Assembly (NCBI RefSeq): GCF_000008565.1
Contig: NC_001263.1
Coordinates: forward strand, 511,213-543,212
Reading direction: 5' to 3'
Origin: Deinococcus radiodurans R1 = ATCC 13939 = DSM 20539
GTDB lineage: Bacteria > Deinococcota > Deinococci > Deinococcales > Deinococcaceae
DNA: 32,000 bases
Part shown: positions 1 through 10,567 of the stretch, piece after piece
How positions within the stretch are numbered: position 1 is the first letter of the stretch
Layout: the number at the start of each line of letters is the position of its first letter
Program-made: the position numbers and the translations under genes
The notes under the pieces: model-generated
The model's database searches: none
What the model was told of the DNA's origin: nothing
Seen by the model: only the letters and a program-made list of their open reading frames with translations

Positions 1-2271
<2,271 letters not shown>

Positions 2272-2350
2272 TTTTTCAGTGTAGGCCGGGGGCGCAAAAG
2301 GGACAGTGGCCCTCCTCCCTTGACGCCGGAAACCGCCCTGTCAGGCGAGC

Positions 2351-3295
2351 TTATTCAAAGAAATCTTCGTCAATTTCCAGCAGGGTCAGCGTTTGTTTGG
2401 GCTGCACCCCCACGCCGTAATTGAGCATCAGGGTGGTGAGCTGCACCCCATCAACGAGCACCAGCCGGTCCTGCGCTTCACCCTCGGCATAGGCCCTGGC
2501 ATCGGGCGTGTAGCGGGAGGTCGTCATAAAGACGCCGCGCGTGGCCCGTTTGCCATACAACGCGCCCACGAATCCCTGCACTTCAGGGCGGCCCACCGGG
2601 TTTCCTGCTCCGTACCGTTTGGCCTGAATGTAGATGTTCTGGACGCCCAGCGGATCGAGTTTGATGATGCCGTCAATCCCGCCGTCTCCTGACCTTCCGG
2701 TGTGGCTTTCGATCAGCAGGGTCCTGAGTTCGCGTTCGTCGTTGCCGCCGTAGCCCATCGCGCGCAGGACCCGAATCACGGCGCGTTCGAAGAAGGCCGG
2801 AGAGCCTTCGCGCAATCGCCGCAACAGTTCAATCGCCAGATCATCGTTGAGCTTGTCCACCGCGCCGATGGCGACACTTTCGAGGTCCTGTTCCTCGACC
2901 AGCGCGGGCACTGAAGTCGCCTGGACCACGGCCCCGGCCCGGTCCCCCTGACGCTGGTTGCGCTCGGCCAGGTATTGCTGCCAGCGGGGCTGGGTTTCGA
3001 ACTCTCTTTCGGTCAGGGTGTCGCCCACCGTCGGCAAAATCTGCCGCCCTGTGTCCGAAATCTGATAGATGCCGCGCTGGGGCTTGACCAGAAAGCCGGC
3101 CCGGTAGAGGTTGCTGCACGCCCAGGCGATCCGGTGGCGCACTTTGGATTCGCCGCTGGGGATGGTTTCGGCCAGGGCCTGAGGCGAAAGCTGCGCGAGC
3201 GCAGTCACCGCGTCTTTAATCTGGTTGACCTGCCGCGCCTGCCCGTCGCCCATGAATTTCAGCGTGAGAGCGTTGAATTCGTCAAAACTGGGCAT
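2351..3295 (-). CDS. mrr: Mrr-family type IV restriction endonuclease (Mrr_N winged-helix domain plus Mrr catalytic domain)
   Basis: The N-terminus MPSFDEFNALTLKFMGDG...IKDAV and the segment RHRIAWACSNLYRAGFL match Mrr_N. The C-terminus has FERAVIRVLRAMGY, GDGGIDGII and YIQAKRY, the D-(D/E)xK nuclease core typical of Mrr. I chose ATG 3295 (alternative 3307) over the track start 3361, which would overlap the upstream gene ending at 3336. Confidence 0.85.
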   Translation of the reverse strand: MPSFDEFNALTLKFMGDGQARQVNQIKDAVTALAQLSPQALAETIPSGESKVRHRIAWACSNLYRAGFLVKPQRGIYQISDTGRQILPTVGDTLTEREFETQPRWQQYLAERNQRQGDRAGAVVQATSVPALVEEQDLESVAIGAVDKLNDDLAIELLRRLREGSPAFFERAVIRVLRAMGYGGNDERELRTLLIESHTGRSGDGGIDGIIKLDPLGVQNIYIQAKRYGAGNPVGRPEVQGFVGALYGKRATRGVFMTTSRYTPDARAYAEGEAQDRLVLVDGVQLTTLMLNYGVGVQPKQTLTLLEIDEDFFE

Positions 3296-3335
3296 GGTGT
3301 CGCGCATATTTTTTAAGTTTACGCTCTGTCTGGAC

Positions 3336-3944
3336 TTACGGCTTTCGTCCCTTCCGCGCACCCAGCGCCTGTCCCAGCGACGCCCGCCGCATGATGGCCG
3401 CTCCCAGCTTGACCCGCTCGGGCCCCGGCAGGCCGCGCACCACCACGGCGACGGGCTGCCGCGCGGCGTCCAGCGTCTGCGCGGGCGTGTCCGGGCCGAT
3501 GTCTACCAGATTCGACACCGCTTGCGTGGGCACGTCGCTCAGCACGATGGTGAGTTCGCCCCGCCGCTCGAACAGTCCTGCAAAGGCCCGGTACTGCCGC
3601 GAAACCGGCAGGGCGACGAGAACCACTGTGGCCGCCAGCCCCGGCAACAGCGTGAGCCACAGGGGCGCCCGCAGGAGATTCAGGACGATTAGCAGCAGAA
3701 AGAGGGCCGCCACCGCCATCCAGGGCCGCAGTGGACTGTAAGCGTTTTTGGCCGCGTCCTGCACCGCAGCCAGCTCGGCGGGCGTGGGCTGGGTGCTGGG
3801 GCCGCCGGGCATCACGCCCTGCACGGTGACGCCGCGCGCCGTGAGGCCGTAGAGTTCCAGGCCGTCAGCCCAGACTTTGCCGGCGGGGCCGCTGTAGAGC
3901 AGGGGGCCGCTGCGCGGCTCGGAAACAGTCGCCTTGCTGGTCAT
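3336..3944 (-). CDS. hypothetical membrane protein (two adjacent predicted TM helices)
   Basis: 202-aa ORF with high GC3. It has a central hydrophobic pair (WMAVAALFLLLIVLNLL and LWLTLLPGLAATVVLVAL). I recognise no family. Confidence 0.6.
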   Translation of the reverse strand: MTSKATVSEPRSGPLLYSGPAGKVWADGLELYGLTARGVTVQGVMPGGPSTQPTPAELAAVQDAAKNAYSPLRPWMAVAALFLLLIVLNLLRAPLWLTLLPGLAATVVLVALPVSRQYRAFAGLFERRGELTIVLSDVPTQAVSNLVDIGPDTPAQTLDAARQPVAVVVRGLPGPERVKLGAAIMRRASLGQALGARKGRKP

Positions 3945-4052
3945 CGTTCACACCATACGCAACTGAAGAACGGGCTCATGAGTGAGAGTCTCCGCAGATA
4001 AAACGCCGTTCCTGACAGATCGCTGTGAGACGGGCTGTGGCAAGATGGCCCG

Positions 4053-4634
4053 GTGAAGTCGGGGAGCATCGAACTGCGCTGGGCTTATGTGGCCTTCGGG
4101 CTCCTGGCGGGCATCGACGTTCTGGCGGGCATTCGTATTCTGCGCCGGATGGTGTGGCACCTGGAGCCGTCGGCGCCGGACGCGCCGCTGTTCATCCTGC
4201 TGTTTTTGCTGCTGCACGTCGTGCTGCTGTGGCTTTTTCACCGGCTGCGTAACCTGGTGCGCTACGACCAGCGGCTACGGGCGATGTACGAGCAGGAACT
4301 GGGATTCGCCCAGCAGTTGCTCGACGCCAGCACCGAGGGCCTGCTGATGTTCGGTCCCGAGGGCACCATCACCTACGCCAACCGCCGCGCCGGGGAGGTG
4401 ATGGGGTACGCCCCCGAAGCGCTGCTGGGGCAAAGAGCGCAGCTGCTGGTCACGCCCGAGGACCAGGCCGCCTTGCAGGAACAGTGGGTGCAGGTTTGGG
4501 CGCAGCCCCAACAGGTCTACCACCTGCGGGTCTACGACGCCCAGGGGCAGGTGCGCCGGGTGCAGGTCACCGCCAGCCCGCGCTGGCACCAGGGCCGGGT
4601 CGTGGGCAGTTTCGGCGTGGTCCACCCGGAATAG
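4053..4634 (+). CDS. membrane-anchored PAS-domain protein with no output domain
   Basis: GTG start. Two N-terminal hydrophobic helices are followed by a PAS-like core (LLDASTEGLLMFGPEGTITYANRRAGEVMGYAPEALLGQ...VGSFGVV). Confidence 0.7.
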   Translation: MKSGSIELRWAYVAFGLLAGIDVLAGIRILRRMVWHLEPSAPDAPLFILLFLLLHVVLLWLFHRLRNLVRYDQRLRAMYEQELGFAQQLLDASTEGLLMFGPEGTITYANRRAGEVMGYAPEALLGQRAQLLVTPEDQAALQEQWVQVWAQPQQVYHLRVYDAQGQVRRVQVTASPRWHQGRVVGSFGVVHPE

Positions 4635-4643
4635 ATACAGCGC

Positions 4644-6140
4644 TTACTGTCCGCGCCGCCGCGCCGCCCAGCGTTCAAGCGCCGTGACCGCGCCGTAAAG
4701 CAGCACCCCGAAGACGATCAGGAGGGCAATCGCGGCAAACTGCCCGGCCTTGTCCTGATAGATGCCCGCCTCCTGCACCCTAAAGCCCAGGCCCTTTTGA
4801 TTGGGGTCGGTAAATTCCCAGACCACCGCGCCGATGAGCGCCAGACTCGCCGCCAGCCGCAGCCCGCCGAGCATGACCGGCAGCGCGCCGGGCAGTTCCA
4901 GCCGGGTCAGCCGCTGCCAGGGGGTCGCCCGCAGCGAATGAAACAGCTCGTGATAGGCGTGGTCCACCTCGCGCACGCCGATGAGGGTGGACACTAGCAC
5001 CGGATACAGCGCCGAGAGGGCCGACACCAGCACGGCGGGCAAGCTCCCGAACCCCAGCCACGACACCAGCAACGGCGCGAGCACCACGATGGGCGTGCTC
5101 TGCGACGCGACGATGAAAGGGCTCAGGAAGCGCTCCAGCGCGCGCGACTTGGCGATGGGATACCCGAGCAGCAGCCCCCCCAGCCCACCGAGCAGGGTGC
5201 CGAGCAGCGCGGTGCGGGCCGTGACCCACAACGAGGCGAACAACGTGGGGGCGTTGCCGGTCAGCTTGGCCCACACGGCGGCGGGCGCAGGCAGCAAAAA
5301 GGGCTGCGCGAGCCGTACCGCCGCCACCTGCCACGCGATTCCAGCGAGCAGCAGCGCCAGCAGCGGCAACAGCGCCGAGGCGCTCGGACGCCGCCGGGGC
5401 GCGACCTGCAAGCGGGTGGAGTCGCCGGCCCCGAGCAGGTCGCGCAGCCGGGCCTCTATACCGTCGGTGTAGGCGCTGACCCGGCCTGCCCCGCGCGTGT
5501 CGAGCACCTCGACGAGTTGCCCGCCGCGCAGCACCGCCACCCGGTCGGCGAGCAGCGCGGCCTCGCGAATCGAATGGGTGACCAGCACTGTGGTGCGGCC
5601 CGTTTTTTCGTGCAGGTGCCGCAATTCCTCGTTGAAGCGTTCGCGCACCAGGGCGTCGAGCGCGGCGAACGGCTCGTCGAGCAGCAGAATGTCCCCGCTC
5701 TGGGCCAGCGCCCGCGCCAGCGCCACCCGCGCCCGCATTCCGCCCGAAATGCGCCGGAAAATAGTCGGCGTAGCTTCCAGCCCCACCAGCCGCAGGGCTT
5801 CTTTGGCGTCCAGGCCGCCGTTCCCGCCCGCAGCCGCGCCGAGGTCGGCGGGCAGTTGCACGTTCCGCAGGGCGCTGCGCCACGGCAGCAGTCGGTAATC
5901 CTGAAAGACCAGCGCCGGGGGCGAGGCCACCTCTACCCGCCCTGCGTGGGGAAGCTGCAACCCGGCGATGACGCGCAGCAGCGTGCTTTTGCCGCCTCCG
6001 CTCGCGCCGATAATCGCCAGAAATTCGCCGCGTTCCACGTTCAGGGTCACGTCGCGCAGCACCGGCACGCCGCCGAGCTGCACCGAGACGTGTTCCAGCC
6101 GGATAGGGTCAGTGTTGCCCGGATGCCCTGGGCCACTCAC
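4644..6140 (-). CDS. ABC transporter, fused ATP-binding and permease protein (nitrate/sulfonate/taurine NitT/TauT-like)
   Basis: Walker [10 protein letters not shown], signature [15 protein letters not shown], Walker [13 protein letters not shown] and the H-loop VTHS are followed in the same frame by a 6-TM BPD-type permease (EAA-like region [24 protein letters not shown]). I chose GTG 6140, which forms a GTGA overlap with the stop of the upstream EamA gene. The longer track ORF (to 6809) overlaps that gene out of frame. Confidence 0.85.
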   Translation of the reverse strand: MSGPGHPGNTDPIRLEHVSVQLGGVPVLRDVTLNVERGEFLAIIGASGGGKSTLLRVIAGLQLPHAGRVEVASPPALVFQDYRLLPWRSALRNVQLPADLGAAAGGNGGLDAKEALRLVGLEATPTIFRRISGGMRARVALARALAQSGDILLLDEPFAALDALVRERFNEELRHLHEKTGRTTVLVTHSIREAALLADRVAVLRGGQLVEVLDTRGAGRVSAYTDGIEARLRDLLGAGDSTRLQVAPRRRPSASALLPLLALLLAGIAWQVAAVRLAQPFLLPAPAAVWAKLTGNAPTLFASLWVTARTALLGTLLGGLGGLLLGYPIAKSRALERFLSPFIVASQSTPIVVLAPLLVSWLGFGSLPAVLVSALSALYPVLVSTLIGVREVDHAYHELFHSLRATPWQRLTRLELPGALPVMLGGLRLAASLALIGAVVWEFTDPNQKGLGFRVQEAGIYQDKAGQFAAIALLIVFGVLLYGAVTALERWAARRRGQ

Positions 6141-7042
6141 TGGGGCCGCCCCCGCGTATTGACCAGCAACACCCCCGCCAGGGCGATGACGCCGCCAAGC
6201 AGGGTCACCGCGCCGGGCACCTCGCCCAGCAGCGCCCAGGCCATCAGCAGCGCGAACACTGGCGACACGTACAGAAAAGACGACGTGACCCCCGCCCCCA
6301 CCCGTGAGATGGCGAAGGTCCAGGTGAGGTACGCCAGCGCACTCGGAAAGACGCCCAGGTACAGCACCGCCAGGTGCGCGGGCAGGGGCGCGGCCCGCAG
6401 CTCGGTGCCGAAGCCAGGCAAAAAGACCAGCAGCGGCACCGTGCCCAGAATGAGGCTCCAGACCGTGAAGCGCAGCGACCCCACCCGCGCCAGCACGCCC
6501 TTTTGAAAGACGAAATACAGGCTGGTGAAAAAGGCGGCGCCCAGCACCAGCAGCGCCCCCGCACTGAAGCCGAGGCCCTGCCCCTGCCCGAGCACGATCA
6601 GCGCGACCCCACCGAGGCTGACCGCCGTGCCGAGCCAGCCGAGGGGATTGAGGCTTTCGCCGAGAAACCGCGCGGCGAGCAGCGCCGTAATGACCGGTCC
6701 GGCGGCGATGATGAGGCTGGCGGTTCCGGCGGGCACACTGCGCTCGCCCATGTTGAGCAGCACGTGATACAGCGAAATCCCCGCCACACTCAAAACCCCG
6801 ATCTGCCACAGGTCACGTGGCGCGGGCACCGGCAGCCGGGTCACGGCCATCACCAGCAGCAGGGTCACGCTCGCCACCAGAAACCGGTAGAGCGCGAGGT
6901 GCCCCGGCGAGAAATGTTCGAGGCCGATCCGGATCCCGGTAAAGGCCGACGCCCAGAACACCAGCGTCACCACAATGGCCCCCAGCGACAGCGGATCGAG
7001 GCGGCCTTGCACCGGGGCAGCAGAAGTCATGGGCGTCAGCAT
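6137..7042 (-). CDS. EamA/DMT-family transporter (10 TM)
   Basis: 301-aa polytopic hydrophobic protein with two EamA-like halves ([26 protein letters not shown]... and ...[39 protein letters not shown]). Alternative ATG at 7030. Confidence 0.85.
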   Translation of the reverse strand: MLTPMTSAAPVQGRLDPLSLGAIVVTLVFWASAFTGIRIGLEHFSPGHLALYRFLVASVTLLLVMAVTRLPVPAPRDLWQIGVLSVAGISLYHVLLNMGERSVPAGTASLIIAAGPVITALLAARFLGESLNPLGWLGTAVSLGGVALIVLGQGQGLGFSAGALLVLGAAFFTSLYFVFQKGVLARVGSLRFTVWSLILGTVPLLVFLPGFGTELRAAPLPAHLAVLYLGVFPSALAYLTWTFAISRVGAGVTSSFLYVSPVFALLMAWALLGEVPGAVTLLGGVIALAGVLLVNTRGRPQ

Positions 7043-7118
7043 AGGACAGGCCGCGCCGGGTGCGCCCTTGCCCCCGCCTGCCCGGATGCTAAAGTGTCTT
7101 CCGCGCTTTGTGCGCCGC

Positions 7119-7195
<77 letters not shown>

Positions 7196-7197
7196 AC

Positions 7198-7229
7198 AAA
7201 AACCCCGCACTCGACGGGGTTTTACTTTT
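7198..7229 (+). terminator. intrinsic terminator after tRNA-Arg, probably bidirectional (also closes the integrase gene)
   Basis: Stem CCCCG (7203-7207) / CGGGG (7215-7219) with a 7-nt loop. It has an A-run upstream and TTTTACTTTT downstream, so it reads as hairpin plus U-tract on both strands. Confidence 0.65.
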
Positions 7230-7264
7230 GGCCCAGGGCCTACCGTTTGTGACGCTGAGGGGCA

Positions 7265-7290
7265 GGTGTCAAACGTCTGTCAAACGTCAG
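7265..7290 (+). promoter_or_regulatory. candidate integrase arm-type site pair (tandem GTCAAACG), attL side
   Basis: GGTGTCAAACGTCTGTCAAACGTCAG. A near-identical copy, GGTGTCAAACGGTTGTCAAACGTA, lies at 24597-24620 in the same orientation. Each copy is roughly 70-130 bp inside its att repeat. Confidence 0.6.
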
Positions 7291-8621
7291 GCCCTCGCCC
7301 GCTTTGACCCTGGGGCAGCGCTGGGGGGCAGCTCGCCCGCCTCACCCTCAGCGCTGCCCGCCTCAGCCTGGGCGAGCCGTGCCCGCACCGTTACCCGCTT
7401 ACGCCCCTGGGGTTCAGGCTCAGGGGCCGGGGCCGCCGCTGGGGTCAGCGGGTCATAGGTCAGCGAGGCCCGCTCACTTTCGTACACGTGCCGGTACGTG
7501 TCCCGCGTGAAACTGGGGGCCGCGTGCCCCAGCTCAGCCGAGAGCACCTCGACGGGCACCCCCGCCGCCGCCTGAACGCTCGCCCAGGTGTGCCGCAGTT
7601 TGTGAGGAGTCAGCACCGGCACGCCCACCGCCTGACAGAGCCGCGCCATAGGCCGCCGCAAATTGTCAGGCCGGTACGGGGTGCCCGCCCGCGTCACGAA
7701 CACATACCCGGTGCTCTGGTACTCGCGCCCGTTATGCCTTAGCCGCGCCCCCGCCTCGCGCTCAGCCTGGGCGCGGGCGTCGAGCAGCAACCGGGCCGCG
7801 TCACCGGTCACGGTCAGCGAGCGGCGGCCCCGTTCGGTTTTCGGGGTGTCCTCATAGACTCGCCCGCCGCTGACTGACCGCGTGCGCTCGATGTGTACCA
7901 CCGCCGCGAGCGTGCCCCCCTCAGCGCTGCCCCGCATGGTCACGTCTGCCCAGGTCAGCCCCAGGGCCTCGCCTGGGCGTAGACCGGTCGCCAGCATGAA
8001 GGCCAGAGGCCAGCCCCAGCGGTCAGCGCGGGCCGCCGCGTAAAACCGGGCCGCCTCATCTGGGGTGAACGCCTTGACCCGCGCGGCCCCGCGCTCGACA
8101 TACACGGGGCGAGCACGGGCGGCGGGGTTCACCGTCACCACCCCGTCAGTCAGGCCCAGCAAATAGGCCGCGTTCAGCAGGTTGTGAGTTTGCCGCCGCA
8201 CACTGTCACCCTGCCCCGCCTCGCGCTGGGCGTCATAAAACGCCCTGAGCCGCTGGGGGGTCACGCCCTGGGCCTTGAGCTGCCCCAGGCTGGGGGAGAT
8301 GTTGCGCCGCAGTAAGGCGCGGTAATTCTCGACGGTGCGCCCCTTGAGGCTGGGGGCGCGGTGCTCGATGTACGCGCTTACAAGCTGCTCGACGGTCACG
8401 CGCTCGCGGGGGGGCAGGGTGTCACGCTCAGCGGCCCTCAGCGCCTCGCGCACCGCCTCGCGTGCCGCCGTCATGTTGCGGGCCGTGCCGGTCACGTGCC
8501 GCCGCTCGCCCGCTGGGGTGGTGGTCATGACCCGCCAGCGCACCCGCCCCGCTGGGGTTTTCGTATAGCTGCCCTCGCCCTGCCCGCGCTTGACCCGCCG
8601 CCCCTCTGCCCCGTCTGCCAT
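7287..8621 (-). CDS. int: tyrosine recombinase / phage-type integrase
   Basis: 444 aa. SAM-like N-domain (VEQLVSAYIEHRAPSLKGRTVENYRALLR). Catalytic residues in context: ATGLRPGEALGLTWADV (Arg), HKLRHTWAS (HxxR) and LGHAAPSFTRDTYRHV (His and Tyr). Adjacent to tRNA/attL. Confidence 0.93.
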   Translation of the reverse strand: MADGAEGRRVKRGQGEGSYTKTPAGRVRWRVMTTTPAGERRHVTGTARNMTAAREAVREALRAAERDTLPPRERVTVEQLVSAYIEHRAPSLKGRTVENYRALLRRNISPSLGQLKAQGVTPQRLRAFYDAQREAGQGDSVRRQTHNLLNAAYLLGLTDGVVTVNPAARARPVYVERGAARVKAFTPDEAARFYAAARADRWGWPLAFMLATGLRPGEALGLTWADVTMRGSAEGGTLAAVVHIERTRSVSGGRVYEDTPKTERGRRSLTVTGDAARLLLDARAQAEREAGARLRHNGREYQSTGYVFVTRAGTPYRPDNLRRPMARLCQAVGVPVLTPHKLRHTWASVQAAAGVPVEVLSAELGHAAPSFTRDTYRHVYESERASLTYDPLTPAAAPAPEPEPQGRKRVTVRARLAQAEAGSAEGEAGELPPSAAPGSKRARA

Positions 8622-8690
8622 GCCCTCAGCGTACCCCCGCCCCCTGAGCCGTAACAGAACCGGGCAGCGCTGGGGGGCGCCCGGTTCCTG

Positions 8691-8956
8691 GGGGAGTAGG
8701 GGTAGGGTTCTAGGGGGTTTTAGGGGGGTAAATCCCTATAAGCATTTTTTAGACTATCTATCTATCTATATTTGATGTGCCAGAGGGCCTCTAGCGCTGC
8801 TACGGGGTAAGAGTAAAGTACGTATACACTCTAGGGCTCTCCAAAACCCCTAAAACCTCTGGGCTACTCCGAACACCGCCCAGCACGGGAAAAACAGTAG
8901 AGGTTATGTGCTGGGCTACTCTGGGCGCCTACCCCCTAAAACCTCTGGGCTACTCC
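8691..8956. repeat. iteron-like cluster A flanking the most AT-rich tract of the element
   Basis: Perfect 24-bp direct repeat CCCCTAAAACCTCTGGGCTACTCC at 8847-8870 and 8933-8956. An extra CTGGGCTACTC at 8911-8921. An inverted degenerate copy at 8691-8728 (GGGGAGTAGGGGTAGGGTTCTAGGGGGTTTTAGGGGGG). An AT-rich segment at 8729-8830 includes the (TATC)n tract AGACTATCTATCTATCTATATTTGATG. Confidence 0.75.
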
Positions 8957-9912
8957 TACCCCCAGCGCTGCCCCAGCCTGGGCACCGGGGGCGCCCCAGC
9001 CCTGCCCCCGCGTCACCCGCTGACGTGCTGGGCGAGCCGGTCAAATGACGAAAAATGACGATGTTTTGAACGTTCAAACGGGCCGCCGCTCTCTTTTTTC
9101 TGTGACAGAACACTTAGCCCCCGTCGCTGGGGTTTTCGCCGGTTCTGGGGAAAACGAAAACGCCGCGCCCAGACGGTGAAAACCTGGGGCAAACGTGACA
9201 ACTTGGACAGCTAAAAAAGAGAGGAAAGCACCCCGCCCAGGTGCTCGACGAACACCGCCGCGAGGCCCTGGGGGTGAAAGTTTGAAACACCGCGCCCAGA
9301 CAGTAAAACCCCCAGCGGCACCCCTTCAAACTTTCCGATTTTTTCAGCGGTTTTCGTGCCCCTACCCGTGCCCCGCCCAGGGCGCCAGGTCTAACGCTCG
9401 CCCCCTACCCCGCGAGCCGCCGAGGGTTGTTTCACCGTCATAAAGTTCAGGGCGTAAAACCCCCGCCGCGAGGCCCTGACAACGAAAAAATAAAAACACC
9501 GCCCAGCACGGCGAAAACCGCCCAGCAGAACCGTGCATAATTTCGGGATTCTTCGGGGTTTTCGTCGAGCACCTGGGGGCACGCCCTACACCTGACCGCC
9601 CGGTTAATTTTCCTATTTTCGGAGAGGGTAGCGCCTACAGGGGGCAGCGCTCAGCGAGCCGCGCCCAGACGGTAAAAAACGGGATAGGCCGCGTCCTGGG
9701 AACCTCAGAAAACCTCATCCACTGAGCACGCTACAAAGTGCCACGCGCCCAGGTGCCGGGCGAAAAATCCCCCGCCAATAGACCGGGGGGGGATACATAC
9801 TATGGATACCCTTTAACCCCTACCTAGACGGTAAAAACCCGTACCGGCCCGCGCTCTAAAACCTGACAAAACCTGACATTCTGGACACTTAAGACGGTTC
9901 TAAGTGCCCAGG

Positions 9913-9942
9913 CAAAAACCCCCCGCCGCTGAGGGCGAGGGG
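9913..9942 (-). terminator. intrinsic terminator ending the repressor / small-ORF transcript
   Basis: Minus-strand RNA reads CCCCUCGCC-cucagc-GGCGGGGGG, a 9-bp stem with one G-U pair, followed by UUUUUG. It lies about 25 nt past the stop at 9967. Confidence 0.6.
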
Positions 9943-9966
9943 CTGGGCGTGTAGCTGGGGCGAGGG

Positions 9967-10110
9967 CTAGCGCTGCCCGTACCCCTGCCAGATGAACACC
10001 GCCGCAGTAAAGGCCACCGCCCAGGCGGGCCGCTCTGAGCCGTCGAGCGCGAGAAACAGGGCGAGGGCCGCGAGCGCTACGCCTAGCCAAAACACGCGGG
10101 GGTTTTTCAT
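9967..10110 (-). CDS. 47-aa two-TM hydrophobic peptide, translationally coupled to the repressor
   Basis: Not in the ORF track. My translation is MKNPRVFWLGVALAALALFLALDGSERPAWAVAFTAAVFIWQGYGQR. Its ATG (10110-10108) overlaps the repressor TGA (10109-10107) as ATGA. High GC3, and a terminator follows. Confidence 0.45.
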   Translation of the reverse strand: MKNPRVFWLGVALAALALFLALDGSERPAWAVAFTAAVFIWQGYGQR

Positions 10111-10493
10111 CCTGCCCCCCCAGCGCTGCCCGGTTCATCTGCCCCAGGCTCAGCCGGTGCCGCTGGGCTGGGGGTCGAGCTGCCCGCCGCGCCCAGGGCC
10201 TCGCGTACCGCCGCCGTTATGCGAGCGGTGAGCGCGTCGAGTTCCTGGGGTGAGCTGGGGACCGTGACCGGCTGGGCGGTGCCGGTGTGCTCGACGGGCA
10301 CCGCTGTAAGCGTCAGGCCCAGGGCGTCAAGCATGGCGGCCCAGAGTGGGGGCACGGTGCCGCCGCCCTCTGACCCGTTCAGGGCGCGAGTAATGGAAGT
10401 AGGGCTAACCCCGGTAGCGCGTGCGAGGTCGGCGCGGCTCATCTTTTTTTCGTGTAGGCGGGCGTTAATGACCGCCCTTACCGCGTCATTCAT
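10107..10493 (-). CDS. XRE/cI-like HTH transcriptional repressor
   Basis: MNDAVRAVINARLHEKKMSRADLARATGVSPTSITRALNG is a classic XRE helix-turn-helix. It is divergent from the plus-strand operon. Start ATG 10493 (track start 10523 is also possible). The C-terminal tail is low-complexity. Confidence 0.8.
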   Translation of the reverse strand: MNDAVRAVINARLHEKKMSRADLARATGVSPTSITRALNGSEGGGTVPPLWAAMLDALGLTLTAVPVEHTGTAQPVTVPSSPQELDALTARITAAVREALGAAGSSTPSPAAPAEPGADEPGSAGGAG

Positions 10494-10535
10494 GGCTAGA
10501 ACCTTATCATCTCGCGTATACATATACCTTAGAGG

Positions 10536-10567
10536 TTGACAGTATTTACGGGATATGTCAATATTGT
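10536..10567 (+). promoter_or_regulatory. candidate rightward promoter with overlapping operator
   Basis: -35 TTGACA at 10536-10541. A -10-like CAATAT/AATATT follows 17-18 nt downstream. TTGACA-N13-TGTCAA is an inverted hexamer pair (10536-10560). The site lies in the 260-bp gap between the repressor and the first plus-strand gene. Confidence 0.45.

Noticed and set aside
6141-6809. N-terminal 223-aa extension of the ABC ORF (track ORF 4644-6809), and the alternative-frame ORFs 4780-5883 (-) and 5517-6506 (+)
   Set aside because: - The extension overlaps the well-supported EamA gene out of frame and is Arg/Gly/Ala-rich.
- A GTG at 6140 gives a clean GTGA coupling directly before the ABC N-terminus.
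- The other ORFs are shadows of the ABC gene.
8622-9966. Short ORFs in the gene-free region (8916-9113, 9013-9201, 9114-9329, 9195-9443, 9391-9582, 9824-10138)
   Set aside because: - They are mutually overlapping 60-100-aa ORFs made of Arg/Pro/Gly/Ser runs.
- Each is threaded through the repeat motifs.
- None has an RBS or any domain signature.
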